38,171 nt of DNA from Tubiluchus corallicola (Eukaryota > Animalia > Priapulida), in assembly GCA_030141605.1 (NCBI GenBank), contig JAQGDQ010001495.1, positions 1-38,171 on the forward strand. The letters are read 5' to 3'. The first letter of the stretch is position 1; each line of letters begins with the position of its first letter. The translations under genes were made by a program, and so were the position numbers. The notes beneath the pieces were generated by a model, which was given only the letters and a program-made list of their open reading frames with translations, was not told the DNA's origin and did no database searches. This document shows, piece by piece, positions 11,801 through 24,200 of this stretch.

Positions 11801-14800
11801 CTTAAAACTAAATTTCAAGTTTTTTGGTTTCTTCAAACCAATGGATAATATTGAGAGAAGACAGGGGGTGCTGCAGTGCACGCTGACACTGGTCTAAACA
11901 AAGGACAAAAACATGTGACGATTTCACAGGAGCTACAGACCATTAAACACAACTAAATCATGCCAGCGTACCTGACCCTGTCCCAGAGAGATGGAGTTAA
12001 ACTTCCCTCCCGTGAACGCCCGGTCTTCCGCAAATTTCAGCAAGCTGGCCATGGGGTCGGCACCGGGAGACAAGATGAAGATGAGCGGGGTGCAACAGTT
12101 GGAGTCGCAGTAGCTGCGAGCAAGATCAAACGGGGGCGGTTGAATGAACTTCTGACCTAGACTGTTGATTACGAAATTTGTCACCTGCGGTATCACCTGA
12201 AAAGAAAGGTATGTTCACTTTTATGATAATGACGATGAAGATGACGATGATGATGGTGACGATAATAGTAGTAGCTTAATTTCTGATGATTGGTGCATCA
12301 CATATTATTTAAATTTTTTGCAGTAATTTGAATAGTTATCACTTTTATTACTGACAACTCTCTGAATTCTACTACAGTAAACTCTGCGTAATTCAGGGGT
12401 GTGCAAATTGCAGCCTGCGGGCCACTTGCGGCCTGCCGAGAGAATTTGTACGGCCCGGGTGATTAATTGAGTGTATCCAGCTGAAGTCCATGCCACAATC
12501 CCAAAGATAGTGCGGGTAGTCTTTTCTACTAGATCGGATGCCATTAACCCTAACAAGACGGTTGTAGCTTAATGTCACTGTACTACACAGACTGTGTGAT
12601 ACACATTAAAATGCATTGTAATGAAATTACCACTATCTGTCCTGAAAGTAGAAATATATGGTTTGTAATATAAATTTTAATAACTTCTAAAATAGTTTCT
12701 TGAGTGTAGTAGTAATGATGTACGCAGGTCGGATGCAAAAAGATCGTTATTGGGCCTTTCTGTACTTGGCTCCTTGGTCAAAATGCCTGTGGCGCGCAGA
12801 AATTGTGGGAAAATTTAATGTGGCCCGGCTAGTCAGATAATTTGCACACCCCTGGCGTAAATTGAAATTGCATAGCTCAAATTTCCGATTAACTCCAAGA
12901 ATTTCAGCGGAATGGATGAATCCTTCATTTTTCCAACAAAAACATGGCTTAACTCAACGTATATAAATCAAAATTTTGCCTAACTCAAATAAAAAATTAT
13001 GGCCCAATCAATCACAATACACGCAATTTACTTGGCTTAAGACAAAAATACAATTTATACCCTATCCCCACTGTCACATTGTTTAACAGTGTTGTGTAAT
13101 TGTTGTAACTTAAAAATGGGGTTTCGCTACATAGTTTGTTATTCTTTGTGTAACTGTCATCAAATCTTGTCGTTTATGTATAGAAGGGTTAACTTTCTGC
13201 CTTCTATTTAGCTCGCCGTCTGGAGGAGGGGTTTAGAGTTTCTATGCTGGAAAATGTTCAACATCGACTAGCTCAAAGTTTTTTCCAGTCCGGGCGGATT
13301 AGTATTATGTGGAGTTTACTGTAATTTGAAATTCATTCTCTTTACATTTAGAACATTATGTATAATTCTACATTAAAGTGGGGACTTGCTGTACCTTGTC
13401 TGGTCGCAGACAGCGCAAGACGATCATCCTCTGAAATTCAGACAAGTTTGTCTGCCACGGTTCCGGCAGCGGCGACTTGTGAGGTTCCGGGCTGTCGTAC
13501 AGTAGCTTCCAGGCGTGGATATTTCTCTCAAAATCAGACCTGCAACAAGGATGTGCGACAAAATAGTGAAGAGAAGCAAAGATCAGAGGCTAGCGGAACC
13601 GGAAAGTATATCATTAACAAGAATAAATCAAGAAAGATGAGTCACTGAACCAAGAGTAGTGTCCTAGCCAACAAAGTATGAAACTACCCAGAAGCAGTTT
13701 TTCTGGTGGCCACTCATCAACTTGATAACCTGGCCTAGTGCTGCTTAACTTGGCTCTCTTGCAATGGCAACATGACCTGCCAACAATTCATTTTGTCTTA
13801 TAAAAGCTCAAAGTGATTGAATCTGGCCTACTTTCTTCAGTTTTGCAATCTCTTTTTCTTGTAGCCTCTAATATTTGATATAAATTTGACATTTGCAATT
13901 GAAGATCTGCGCTATTGACGAACGTAAAGCGAAAGAAGAACCGACCGGAAATATTTGAACGGCTCCAAGTCGCACATCCTGCAAATCTCGTCCCAGCTCT
14001 TGTCCGACAACCATTCCGGATCCGGATTCTTTAGCTTATTTTCTAGTCCGACGCCACCTGTCAGGAAAAACATGAACTGTCCGTAATCCAACTCGTCCTG
14101 AGCCCTGAAAAAGGGAAACGTAACAGAACCGAGAAAAGCCTGGACTGCGGGATTGCTCAAACGCATGGGTATGCCTGCCATTATACGTCTTAAAGATCAA
14201 TACAGTATTACCAGACATACTCGCTCAATAGATTGTGCAGTAATTACCATACTTTCCAGACACACTTACTCCAGGGATGAGAATGACAAATTGCAAAAAA
14301 CTCTGAAAGAGGCCGGGGTTTTAGGGCCACCTAGGCAGCAACAAATTGCAATTTTGTGACCATAGAGAGCATCTAAGTGGACTTAAAATATCAATTACCT
14401 TTTTTCATGCATAATTTAAAATACACAACTATCAAGGATACATGATACCTAATTGTCTCAAAAACACCTAAGTACTGGCCGCTCCTATGCAAAAGTATAT
14501 AAAAACTGTCTGCAATTGACTCAAATAACTCCACACAATTGATTCTATATTTTTATACATAGAGATAAACACGTGGTTACACTGATGTACGTGATGTAAA
14601 CAAAGTGACGGCCTGCCAACTAGCGGTCAGCTTGTGAAATAATGTACTGGGTCCGTAAAAATTTTCTCAACGAATTTACGCGATTTACAAAAATGGCACT
14701 ACTGGTCTTCCAAAAACTCGGAATTTCGCGTATCTGCGGAAAATTCTGATCCCTGATTTACTCAACAAAAAGTGCTGTACTTTCTACTTACATTTACACA

Positions 14801-17800
14801 ATACATCGAAATTTTAAAGGTGAAATAGATGTCTTCCAATTACATAATGTTTGGATGTTTCTGAACACAGTTTACTCTAGTAGTGACCGGCTAATCAATG
14901 GACACAGTGTACTCTAGTAGTGACCGGCTAATCAATGGACACAGTGTACTCTAGTAGCGGCCGGCTAATCAATGGACACAGTTTACTCTAGTAGTGGCCG
15001 GCTAATCAATGGACAGTTTACTCTAGTAGTGGCCGGCTAATCAATGGACACAGTTTACTCTAGTAGTGGCCGGCTAATCAATGGACAGTTAACTCTAGAA
15101 GTGGCCGGCTAATCAATGGACACAGTTTACTCTAGTAGTGGCCGGCTAATCAATGGACAGTTTACTCTAGTAGTGGCTCCTAATCAATGGACACAGTTTA
15201 CTCTAGTAGTGGCCGGCTAATCAATGGACAGTTTACTCTAGAAGTGGCCGGCTAGTCAATGGACACAGTTTACTCTAGAAGTGGCCGGCTAATCAATGGA
15301 CAGTTTACTCTAGTAGTGGCCCGGCTAATCAATGGACACAGTTTACTCTAGTAGTGGCCGGCTAATCAATGGACACAGTTTACTCTAGTAGTGGCCGGCT
15401 AATCAATGGACACAGTTTACTCTAGTAGTGGCCGGCTAATCAATGGACACAGTTTACTCTAGTAGTGGCCGGCTAATCAATGGACACAGTGTACTCTAGT
15501 AGTGGCCGGCTAATCAATGGACACAGTTTACTCTAGTAGTGGCCGGCTAATCAATGGACACAGTTTACTCTAGAAGTGGCCGGCTAATCAATGGACACAG
15601 TTTACTCTAGTAGTGGCCGGCTAATCAATGGACAGTTTACTCTAGTAGTGGCTGGCTAATCAATGGACACAGTTTACTCTAGTAGTGGCCGGCTAATCAA
15701 TGGACAGTTTACTCTAGAAGTGGCCGGCTAATCAATGGACACAGTTTACTCTAGAAGTGGCCGGCTAATCAATGGACAGTTTACTCTAGTAGTGGCCGGC
15801 TAATCAATGGACACAGTTTACTCTAGTAGTGGCCGGCTAATCAATGGACACAGTGTACTCTAGTAGTGGCCGGCTAATCAATGAACACAGTTTACTCTAG
15901 TAGTGGCCGGCTAATCAATGGACAGTGTACTCTAGTAGTGGCCGGCAAATCAATGGACACAGTGTACTCTAGTAGTGGCCGGCTAATCAATGGACACAGT
16001 GTACTCTAGTAGTGGCCAGCTAATCAATGGACACAGTGTACTCTAGTAGTGGCCAGCTAATCAATGGACACAGTGTACTCTAGTAGTGGCCGGCTAATCA
16101 ATGGACACAGTGTACTCTAGTAGTGGCCGGCTAATCAATGGACACAGTGTACTCTAGTAGTGGCCGGCTAATCAATGGACACAGTTTACTCTAGTAGTGG
16201 CCGGCTAATCAATGGACAGTTTACTCTAGTAGTGGCCGGCTAATCAATGGACAGTTACTCTAGTAGTGGCCGGCTAATCAATGGACACAGTGTACTCTAG
16301 TAGTGGCCGGCTAATCAATGGACAGTTACTCTAGTAGTGGCCGGCTAATCAATGGACAATACTGTGTAACAAGTACGAGTAGTCAAACGAGTGGTCAGTG
16401 ATGACATTATGACATTTGTAAATAAATGTTAATTGAACGTGAACATTCAAATCTAAAAGAGAAACCCGACACTTACAGCTGTATGTTTGCACAGAGGAGG
16501 AAGGAAAAGAGAAGCTTGTCCTTCTCGAAAAGAGAGCGGCAGACGTTACTGTAGAGGTTATATGTGAAGTGGTCTTTCAGATATCGCAGACGACGGTCCA
16601 ATATCTTTGATTTGTTGCTGAAATAAGATACGAAAGCACTGAAGGTCCAGTTAACCCTTTCAGTCCCAAATTATTTTTTAATAAGAAAATTTTTTTTGGC
16701 TTGGTATTTTTGTTCAGTATGTCTATCTTGTTTGCACATAATAATTATTTTTTCTACCTGTGCCCGCGTGCTAAATATAGCCTGTGTCCCACGGGATACA
16801 TTGGGATTCAATGGAAGCAAAAAATGTGCTTCATTTTGCAACTGTTGATAATTTTTTTAAAGTATTTAAGACATTTAGTATGCACGCTATGCTGATCTGT
16901 ACAAAGTCGTCTCTAAAGTACTGTACCTTGCGCAGTTTTTTATGCTATGTAGATTTTCTAGTTTGCCATTTTATCACCATTTTTAGTCTATTGTTATTGG
17001 CTTAAATCAAAATAACTATTAACAGATCAAAATAACTGTCAGTTTTAAAATTTTATTAATTTCAAAGGCAGAAAATATTCTCGTATCCCACGGGATACAA
17101 CGGGTATGAAAGGGTTAACATTCGAGCATTCATTCTCTGACTGGTGCATTATTGGTACTATTTTAGATAAACTTTATTTATTTTAACTATATCAACATAC
17201 AGTAATATTACTGATCAGAGTATTCACTGTGTGATAAATACATTTTAGTTAAGAACAGATACATGCAACTGGTTATCAAGAATGCAGTGATGCCATCTAT
17301 GATAGCGAGGATTCACAATTGACTAAAGAAAATTATAAAAAGAAAGAAAAGAAAGAAAAACAGTAAAATGAAACACTTAGCAACAGTTTATAGCTGACAC
17401 TTACGCGTTGAGTCGAAATGCAAACCAAAGGGTTAAACCAAAAATGACTGAATCACGACTGACTTAATAACAGCAATCAAGAAGAGAAAAACAAAATGAA
17501 ACCGAAGCCAAACATGGCCGAGAACGCACTGCCCTCGAATCTACGAGAACAGGTTACACGCTCGAGAAAATAGGCCTAGAAAACTGAGCTCTGATTGGCC
17601 CACATAATTTTACATTCAATACATTAGATTTTCACAAAGCAAGTGACGGTTTAATCCTGCGACCTGCCACACTACAGTTACATAGATAGTTAGTTAAAAA
17701 ACACAAGTAATTCATTAGTTAACACTTAAAATCTAAATATACAAAGCTCGTAGAGTACAGAAGTGATACCAGAAACAAGTATCAATGTACATCATTCTAT

Positions 17801-18115
17801 TAGTTATACAAAAGTATGATTGATCAATAACTGGTGTTTTATTCAAAAGTCCAAAATTCAGAATAATTCAGGTTACAAATCAGTATGTAATTATACATAC
17901 AGTCACTTAGCAAAATGGTACCAAACACTTTATGCATATTGGTACCATTTTGCAATATGTTAGTGCCAGCATATTCTTCAGCATTGCCATGGTGAACTTG
18001 ACAACAGTGTTGCAGCAGATGCCAGCGCTGCTGCTGCAGCTACCAACATCGCTGCACCACAGCAGCAGTAGTAGGAACAACAGCAGGAGCGAAACACTAC
18101 AACAACAACAACCGC

Positions 18116-18203
<88 letters not shown>

Positions 18204-18210
18204 ACAGCAG

Positions 18211-18241
<31 letters not shown>

Positions 18242-21200
18242 AAGATCAATAACAGCAACTTCGACGACATTATCAACATGGTACTATGGTGATGGTAGTA
18301 GCAGTAGTGGTGGCGGCAGCAGCAGTAGTAGTTGAGAACAACAAGGACAACAACAAAGACAAAGACAAGGAAAACGATGACGACGACGACGACTGCAACG
18401 ATGACAACATTATCATCATGGTGCTATGGCGATGGTAGTAGCAGTAGTAGTTGACAACGACAAGGACAGCGACAAAGACAACAACAACCACGATAATAAC
18501 ATAAACGATAACAGAAAACAAAATACCTAAAAATACTGTAGCAAGAGAACTAATATATGAAACCCGACCATTAATGCAAATCATGCAGATAAAGATTAAT
18601 ACATTTGCTAATGTACATCATTTTTGCTTACAAAAGATTAATAGTCAACAAGACGTCAAATCACTACAGCGTGGTAGTATGAATGCTTAGCCTTTGTATC
18701 AACTTATTGTAAAAGCCAATAGCTTTCAGTTGGAATTTATTATATATTTTAATAGTTCCATTTTAAATCCTTGTTCAGGAAATAAACTTTTTTTATAGTT
18801 CATTCATATGCAACGTTTACGTTTTTTGTTCCACATTTAAAATGTTTGCGGAAGTTGGAATTGTACACTGTAATTAGGTGCTGCCATCTATGTGATAATC
18901 CTATTACATTCTACCAGCTGATTTACCTTCAGTATAATTGTATGGTCCAGTGACTACATACACACTGGTTCTCTCGCTATCTAACATTAATGGTTGTTGT
19001 GAAGCCTGTGCAACTCTGCATAGGTCAAGTTTATTGTACATTGTAAGTAGGTGCTGCCATCTATGTGCTAATCCTGTTACATTCTACCAGCTGACTTACC
19101 CCCAGTATAATTCTATGGTTCAGTGACTACATACACACTGGTCCTCTCCCTATCTTAAATTAATGGTTGTTGTGAAGCCTGTGCAACTTTGCATAGGTCA
19201 AGTTTATTGTACATTGTAAGTAGGTGCTGCCATCTATGTGCTAATCCTGTTACATTCTACCAGCTGACTTACCCCCAGTATAATTCTATGGTTCAGTGAC
19301 TACATACACACTGGTCCTCTCCCTATCTTAAATTAATGGTTGTTGTGAAGCCTGTGTAACTCTGCATAGGTCAAGTTCTATACCTGTATACTGGCTGTGA
19401 AACAGGTTTTACTGACTGTTTTTGCTTTCTAGTTTTTGCTCAATGTTCAGTGCAGCAGTTTTGCTACTCGTGTTTTCTGTAGTTCAATAAACACTTTTCT
19501 GTTGTGTGCAGTGCAAATATTTATTATAGATTTTTGGTTCCTATTCATACTTCACTGTGTCTAAACTCAATCATAACAAAGTGACTGAACAACAACTGCA
19601 AAAATGACTTTCACATTGTATGTTTCAGTGTGTCTTAACAAATAAAAAATAAAAGCAAAAATAAACAAATAAACAAACAAAAGTTTTAAACACACAGACC
19701 TTTTATATGAATTCTGGAACTTACCTTTCGTGGATAGAATTAATGTACAGGTTAACGAACCAGGTGAGTGAGTATTGATACATGGGATCAATGTTCGCCA
19801 TGTCAGCTATTGAAAAGAACAAGATTGACGAATGTTTGGCAATCGGACGGTAGCCCATTCTAGACTGCTCTATCTTCTCTTCCGTTACTTCCGCTATCTA
19901 TAGAAAGATGAGGATGGTAAAGCGCACTGTGACGTGACTGATGCTGATGATCCGCGCAGGAGTCGAACACCTGACAAAAAGTCTATGCTTTCAACGGTTC
20001 CGAAAGTGTGTTCACACTAATTTAGAGTGGTGTGATAATGCCATTAGATCACTGCATTAGAGAACACACTAATCGAAAGTGTGTTCACACTAATTTAGAG
20101 TGGTGTGATAATGCCATTAGATCACTGCATTAGAGACCACACTAATCGAAAGTGCGTTCACACTAATTTAGAGTGGTGTGATAATGCCATTAGATCACTG
20201 CATTAGAGAACACACTAATCGAAAGTGTGTTCACACTAATTTAGAGTGGTGTGATAATGCCATTAGATCACTGCATTAGAGTACACACTAATCGAAAGTG
20301 CGTTCACACTAATTTAGAGTGGTGTGATAATGCCATTAGATTACTGCATTAGAGTGCACACTAATCGAAAGTGTGTTCACACTAATTTAGAGTGGTGTGA
20401 TAATGCCATTAGATCACTGCATTAGAGTGCACACTAATCGAAAGTGCATTCACACTAATTTAGAGTGGTGTGATAATGCCATTAGATCACTGCATTAGAG
20501 TACACACTAATCGAAAGTGCGTTCACACTAATTTAGAGTGGTGTGATAATGCCATTAGATTACTGCATTAGAGTACACACTAATCGAAAGTGCGTTCACA
20601 CTAATTTAGAGTGGTGTGATAATGCCACTAGATCACTGCATTCGAGAATCCAATTTCATTAGGTGTTTATCCTCACTAGCCAGGTAAAGAACTCAACGAC
20701 TGCCAGCAAAAAAGTAGTATAAACGATTATGCTATGCGTCGCTTGTCTGCCTCTAATTTCATGCAACGGCGTGAGAAGTTGTTCAAACAACATTAACACT
20801 TATTTAACTGAGTAAGCAAAGCGAATAAGTCAATTATTAGTTAAGAAAATTGGAGAAAGACTCATTGTATTAGTTTAACAAAATGCTAGCTGTCCAATTT
20901 TGAAGTGTTAACCAGGGCTGGCATGGGCCAAGGATTTACTGAACCAGTTAGTTGGTTAATTTTTTTATCGGTTAACTGTTAACCAGTTAACAGATCTACG
21001 CAACATCGGTGACCCTTTGTAATTTGATGACTAGATCATTGGAGAACCAAATAAGTAAGAAATTTACAACGCAAACATATAAAGTAAAACTTTAGAGGAA
21101 CGTGTTCAAATAAGAGTGAAAATTTTACACATAGAAAGTGAAAAGTCTCTGTTTGTAAAGATGCCAAGCTTTGTTGAACTAAGTTTAACACTTTCCTACA

Positions 21201-24200
21201 TAGAAAGTGAAAAGTCTCTGTTTGTAAAGATGCCAAGCATTGTTGAACTAAGCTTAACACTTTCCTACATAGAAAGTGAAAAGTCTCTGTTTGTAAAGAT
21301 GCCAAGCATTGTTGAACTAAGCTTAACACTTTCCTACATAGAAAGTGAAAAGTCTCTGTTTGTAAGGATGCCAAGCATTGTTGAACTAAGCTTAACACTT
21401 TCCTACATAGAAAGTGAAAAGTCTCTGTTTGTAAGGATGCCAAGCATTGTTGAACTAAGCTTAACACTTTCCTACATAGAAAGTGAAAAGTCTCTGTTTG
21501 TAAAGATGCCAAGCATTGTTGAACTAAGTTTAACACTTTCCTACATAGAAAGTGAAAAGTCTCTGTTTGTAAAGATGCCAAGCATTGTTGAACTAAGCTT
21601 AACACTTTCCTACATAGAAAGTGAAAAGTCTCTGTTTGTAAGGATGCCAAGCATTGTTGAACTAAGCTTAACACTTTCCTACATAGAAAGTGAAAAGTCT
21701 CTGTTTGTAAGGATGCCAAGCATTGTTGAACTAAGCTTAACACTTTCCTACATAGAAAGTGAAAAGTCTCTGTTTGTAAAGATGCCAAGCATTGTTGAAC
21801 TAAGCTTAACACTTTCCTACATAGAAAGTGAAAAGTCTCTGTTTGTAAGGATGCCAAGCATTGTTGAACTAAGCTTAACACTTTCCTACATAGAAAGTGA
21901 AAAGTCTCTGTTTGTAAGGATGCCAAGCGTTGTTGAACTAAGCTTAACACTTTCCTACATAGAAAGTGAAAAGTCTCTGTTTGTAAGGATGCCAAGCATT
22001 GTTGAACTAAGCTTAACACTTTCCTACATAGAAAGTGAAAAGTCTCTGTTTGTAAAGATGCCAAGCATTGTTGAACTAAGCTTAACACTTTCCTACATAG
22101 AAAGTGAAAAGTCTCTGTTTGTAAGGATGCCAAGCATTGTTGAACTAAGCTTAACACTTTCCTAGGTAGAAAGTGAAAAGTCTCTATTTGTAAGGATGCC
22201 AAGCATTGTTGAACTAAGCTTAACACGTTCCTAGGTAGAAAGTGAAAAGTCTCTATTTGTAAGGATGCCAAGCATTGTTGAACTAAGCTTAACACTTTCC
22301 TAGGTAGAAAGTGAAAAGTCTCTGTTTGTAAAGATGCCAAGCATTGTTGAACTAAGTTTAACACTTTCCTACATAGAAAGTGAACAGTCTCTGTTTGTAA
22401 AAATGCCAAATGTTGTTGAACTAAGCTTAACACTTTCCTACATAGAAAGTGAAAAGTCTCTGTTTGTAAGGATGCTTAACGTTGTTGAACTAAGCTTAAC
22501 ACTTTTCTACATAGAAAGTGAAAAGTCTCTGTTTGTAAGGATGCCAAGCATTGTTGAAATAAGCTTAACACTTTCCTACGTAGAAAGTGAAAAGTCTCTG
22601 TTTGTAAGGATGCTTAACGTTGTTGAACTAAGCTTAACACTTTTCTACATAGAAAGTGAAAAGTCTCTGTTTGTATGGATGCCAAGCATTGTTGAACTAA
22701 GTTTAACACTTTCCTACGTAGAAAGTGAAAAGTCTCTGTTTGTAAGGATGCAAAGCATTGATGAACTAAGTTTAACACTTTCCTACATAGAAAGTGAAAA
22801 GTCTCTGTTTGTAAGGATGCCAAGCATTGTTGAACTCAGCTTAACACTTTCCTACACAGAAAGTGAAAAGTCTCTGTTTGTAAGGATGCCAAGCATTGTT
22901 GAACTAAGCTTAACACTTTTCTACATAGAAAGTGAAAAGTCTCTATTTGTAAGGATGCCAAACATTGTTGAACTAAGCTTAACACTTTCCTACATAGAAA
23001 GTGAAGTGTCTCTGTTTGTAAGGATGCCAAGTGTTGTTGAACTAAGTTTAACACTTTCCTGCATAGAAAGTGAAAAGTCTCTACAGTAAGGATGCCAAGC
23101 ATTGTTGAACTAAGTTTAACACTTTCCTACATAGAAAGTGAAAAGTCTCTGTTTGTAAGGATGCCAAGCATTGTTGAACTAAGTTTAACACTTTCCTACA
23201 TAGAAAGTGAAAAGTCTCTGTTTGTAAAGATGCCAAGCATTGTTGAACTAAGTTTAACACTTTCCTACATAGAAAGTAAAAAGTCTCTGTTTGTAAAGAT
23301 GCCAAGCGTTGTTGAACTAAGCTTAACACTTTCCTACATAGAAAGTGAAAAGTCTCTGTTTGTAAAGATGCCAAGCATCGTTGAACTAAGCTTAACACTT
23401 TCCTACATAGAAAGTGAAAAGTCTCTGTTTGTAAAGATGCCAAGCGTTGTTGAACTAAGCTTAACACTTTCCTACATAGAAAGTGAAAAGTCTCTGTTTG
23501 TAAAGATGCCAAGCTTTGTTGAACTAAGTTTAACACTTTCCTAGGTAGAAAGTGAAAAGTCTCTGTTTGTAAGGATGCCAAGCATTGTTGAACTAAGTTT
23601 AACACTTTCCTACATAGAAAGTGAAAAGTCTCTGTTTGTAAGGACACCAAGCTTTATTGAGCTAAGCTTAACACTTTCCTACATAGAAAGTGAAAAGTCT
23701 CTGTTTGTAAGGATGCCAAGCATTGTTGAACTAAGCTTAACACTTTCCTACATAGAAAGTAAAAAGTCTCTGTTTGTAAAGATGCCAAGCGTTGTTGAAC
23801 TAAGCTTAACACTTTCCTACATAGAAAGTGAAAAGTCTCTGTTTGTAAAGATGCCAAGCTTTGTTGAACTAAGTTTAACACTTTCCTAGGTAGAAAGTGA
23901 AAAGTCTCTGTTTGTAAGGATGCCAAGCATTGTTGAACTAAGTTTAACACTTTCCTACATAGAAAGTGAAAAGTCTCTGTTTGTAAGGACACCAAGCTTT
24001 ATTGAGCTAAGCTTAACACTTTCCTACATAGAAAGTGAAAAGTCTCTGTTTGTAAGGATGCCAAGCATTGTTGAACTAAGCTTAACACTTTCCTACATAG
24101 AAAGTGAAAAGTCTCTGTTTGTAAAGATGCCAAGCATTGTTGAACTAAGCTTAACACTTTCCTACATAGAAAGTGAAAAGTCTCTGTTTGTAAGGATGCC

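Noticed and set aside
14865-16358. CRISPR-like 37-bp repeat (also the 40-, 61- and 69-bp arrays)
   Set aside because: Units are head-to-tail with no unique spacers, there are no cas genes, and the context is a eukaryotic intron.
17932-18584. PolyQ / polyL ORFs
   Set aside because: Microsatellite translations inside an intron.
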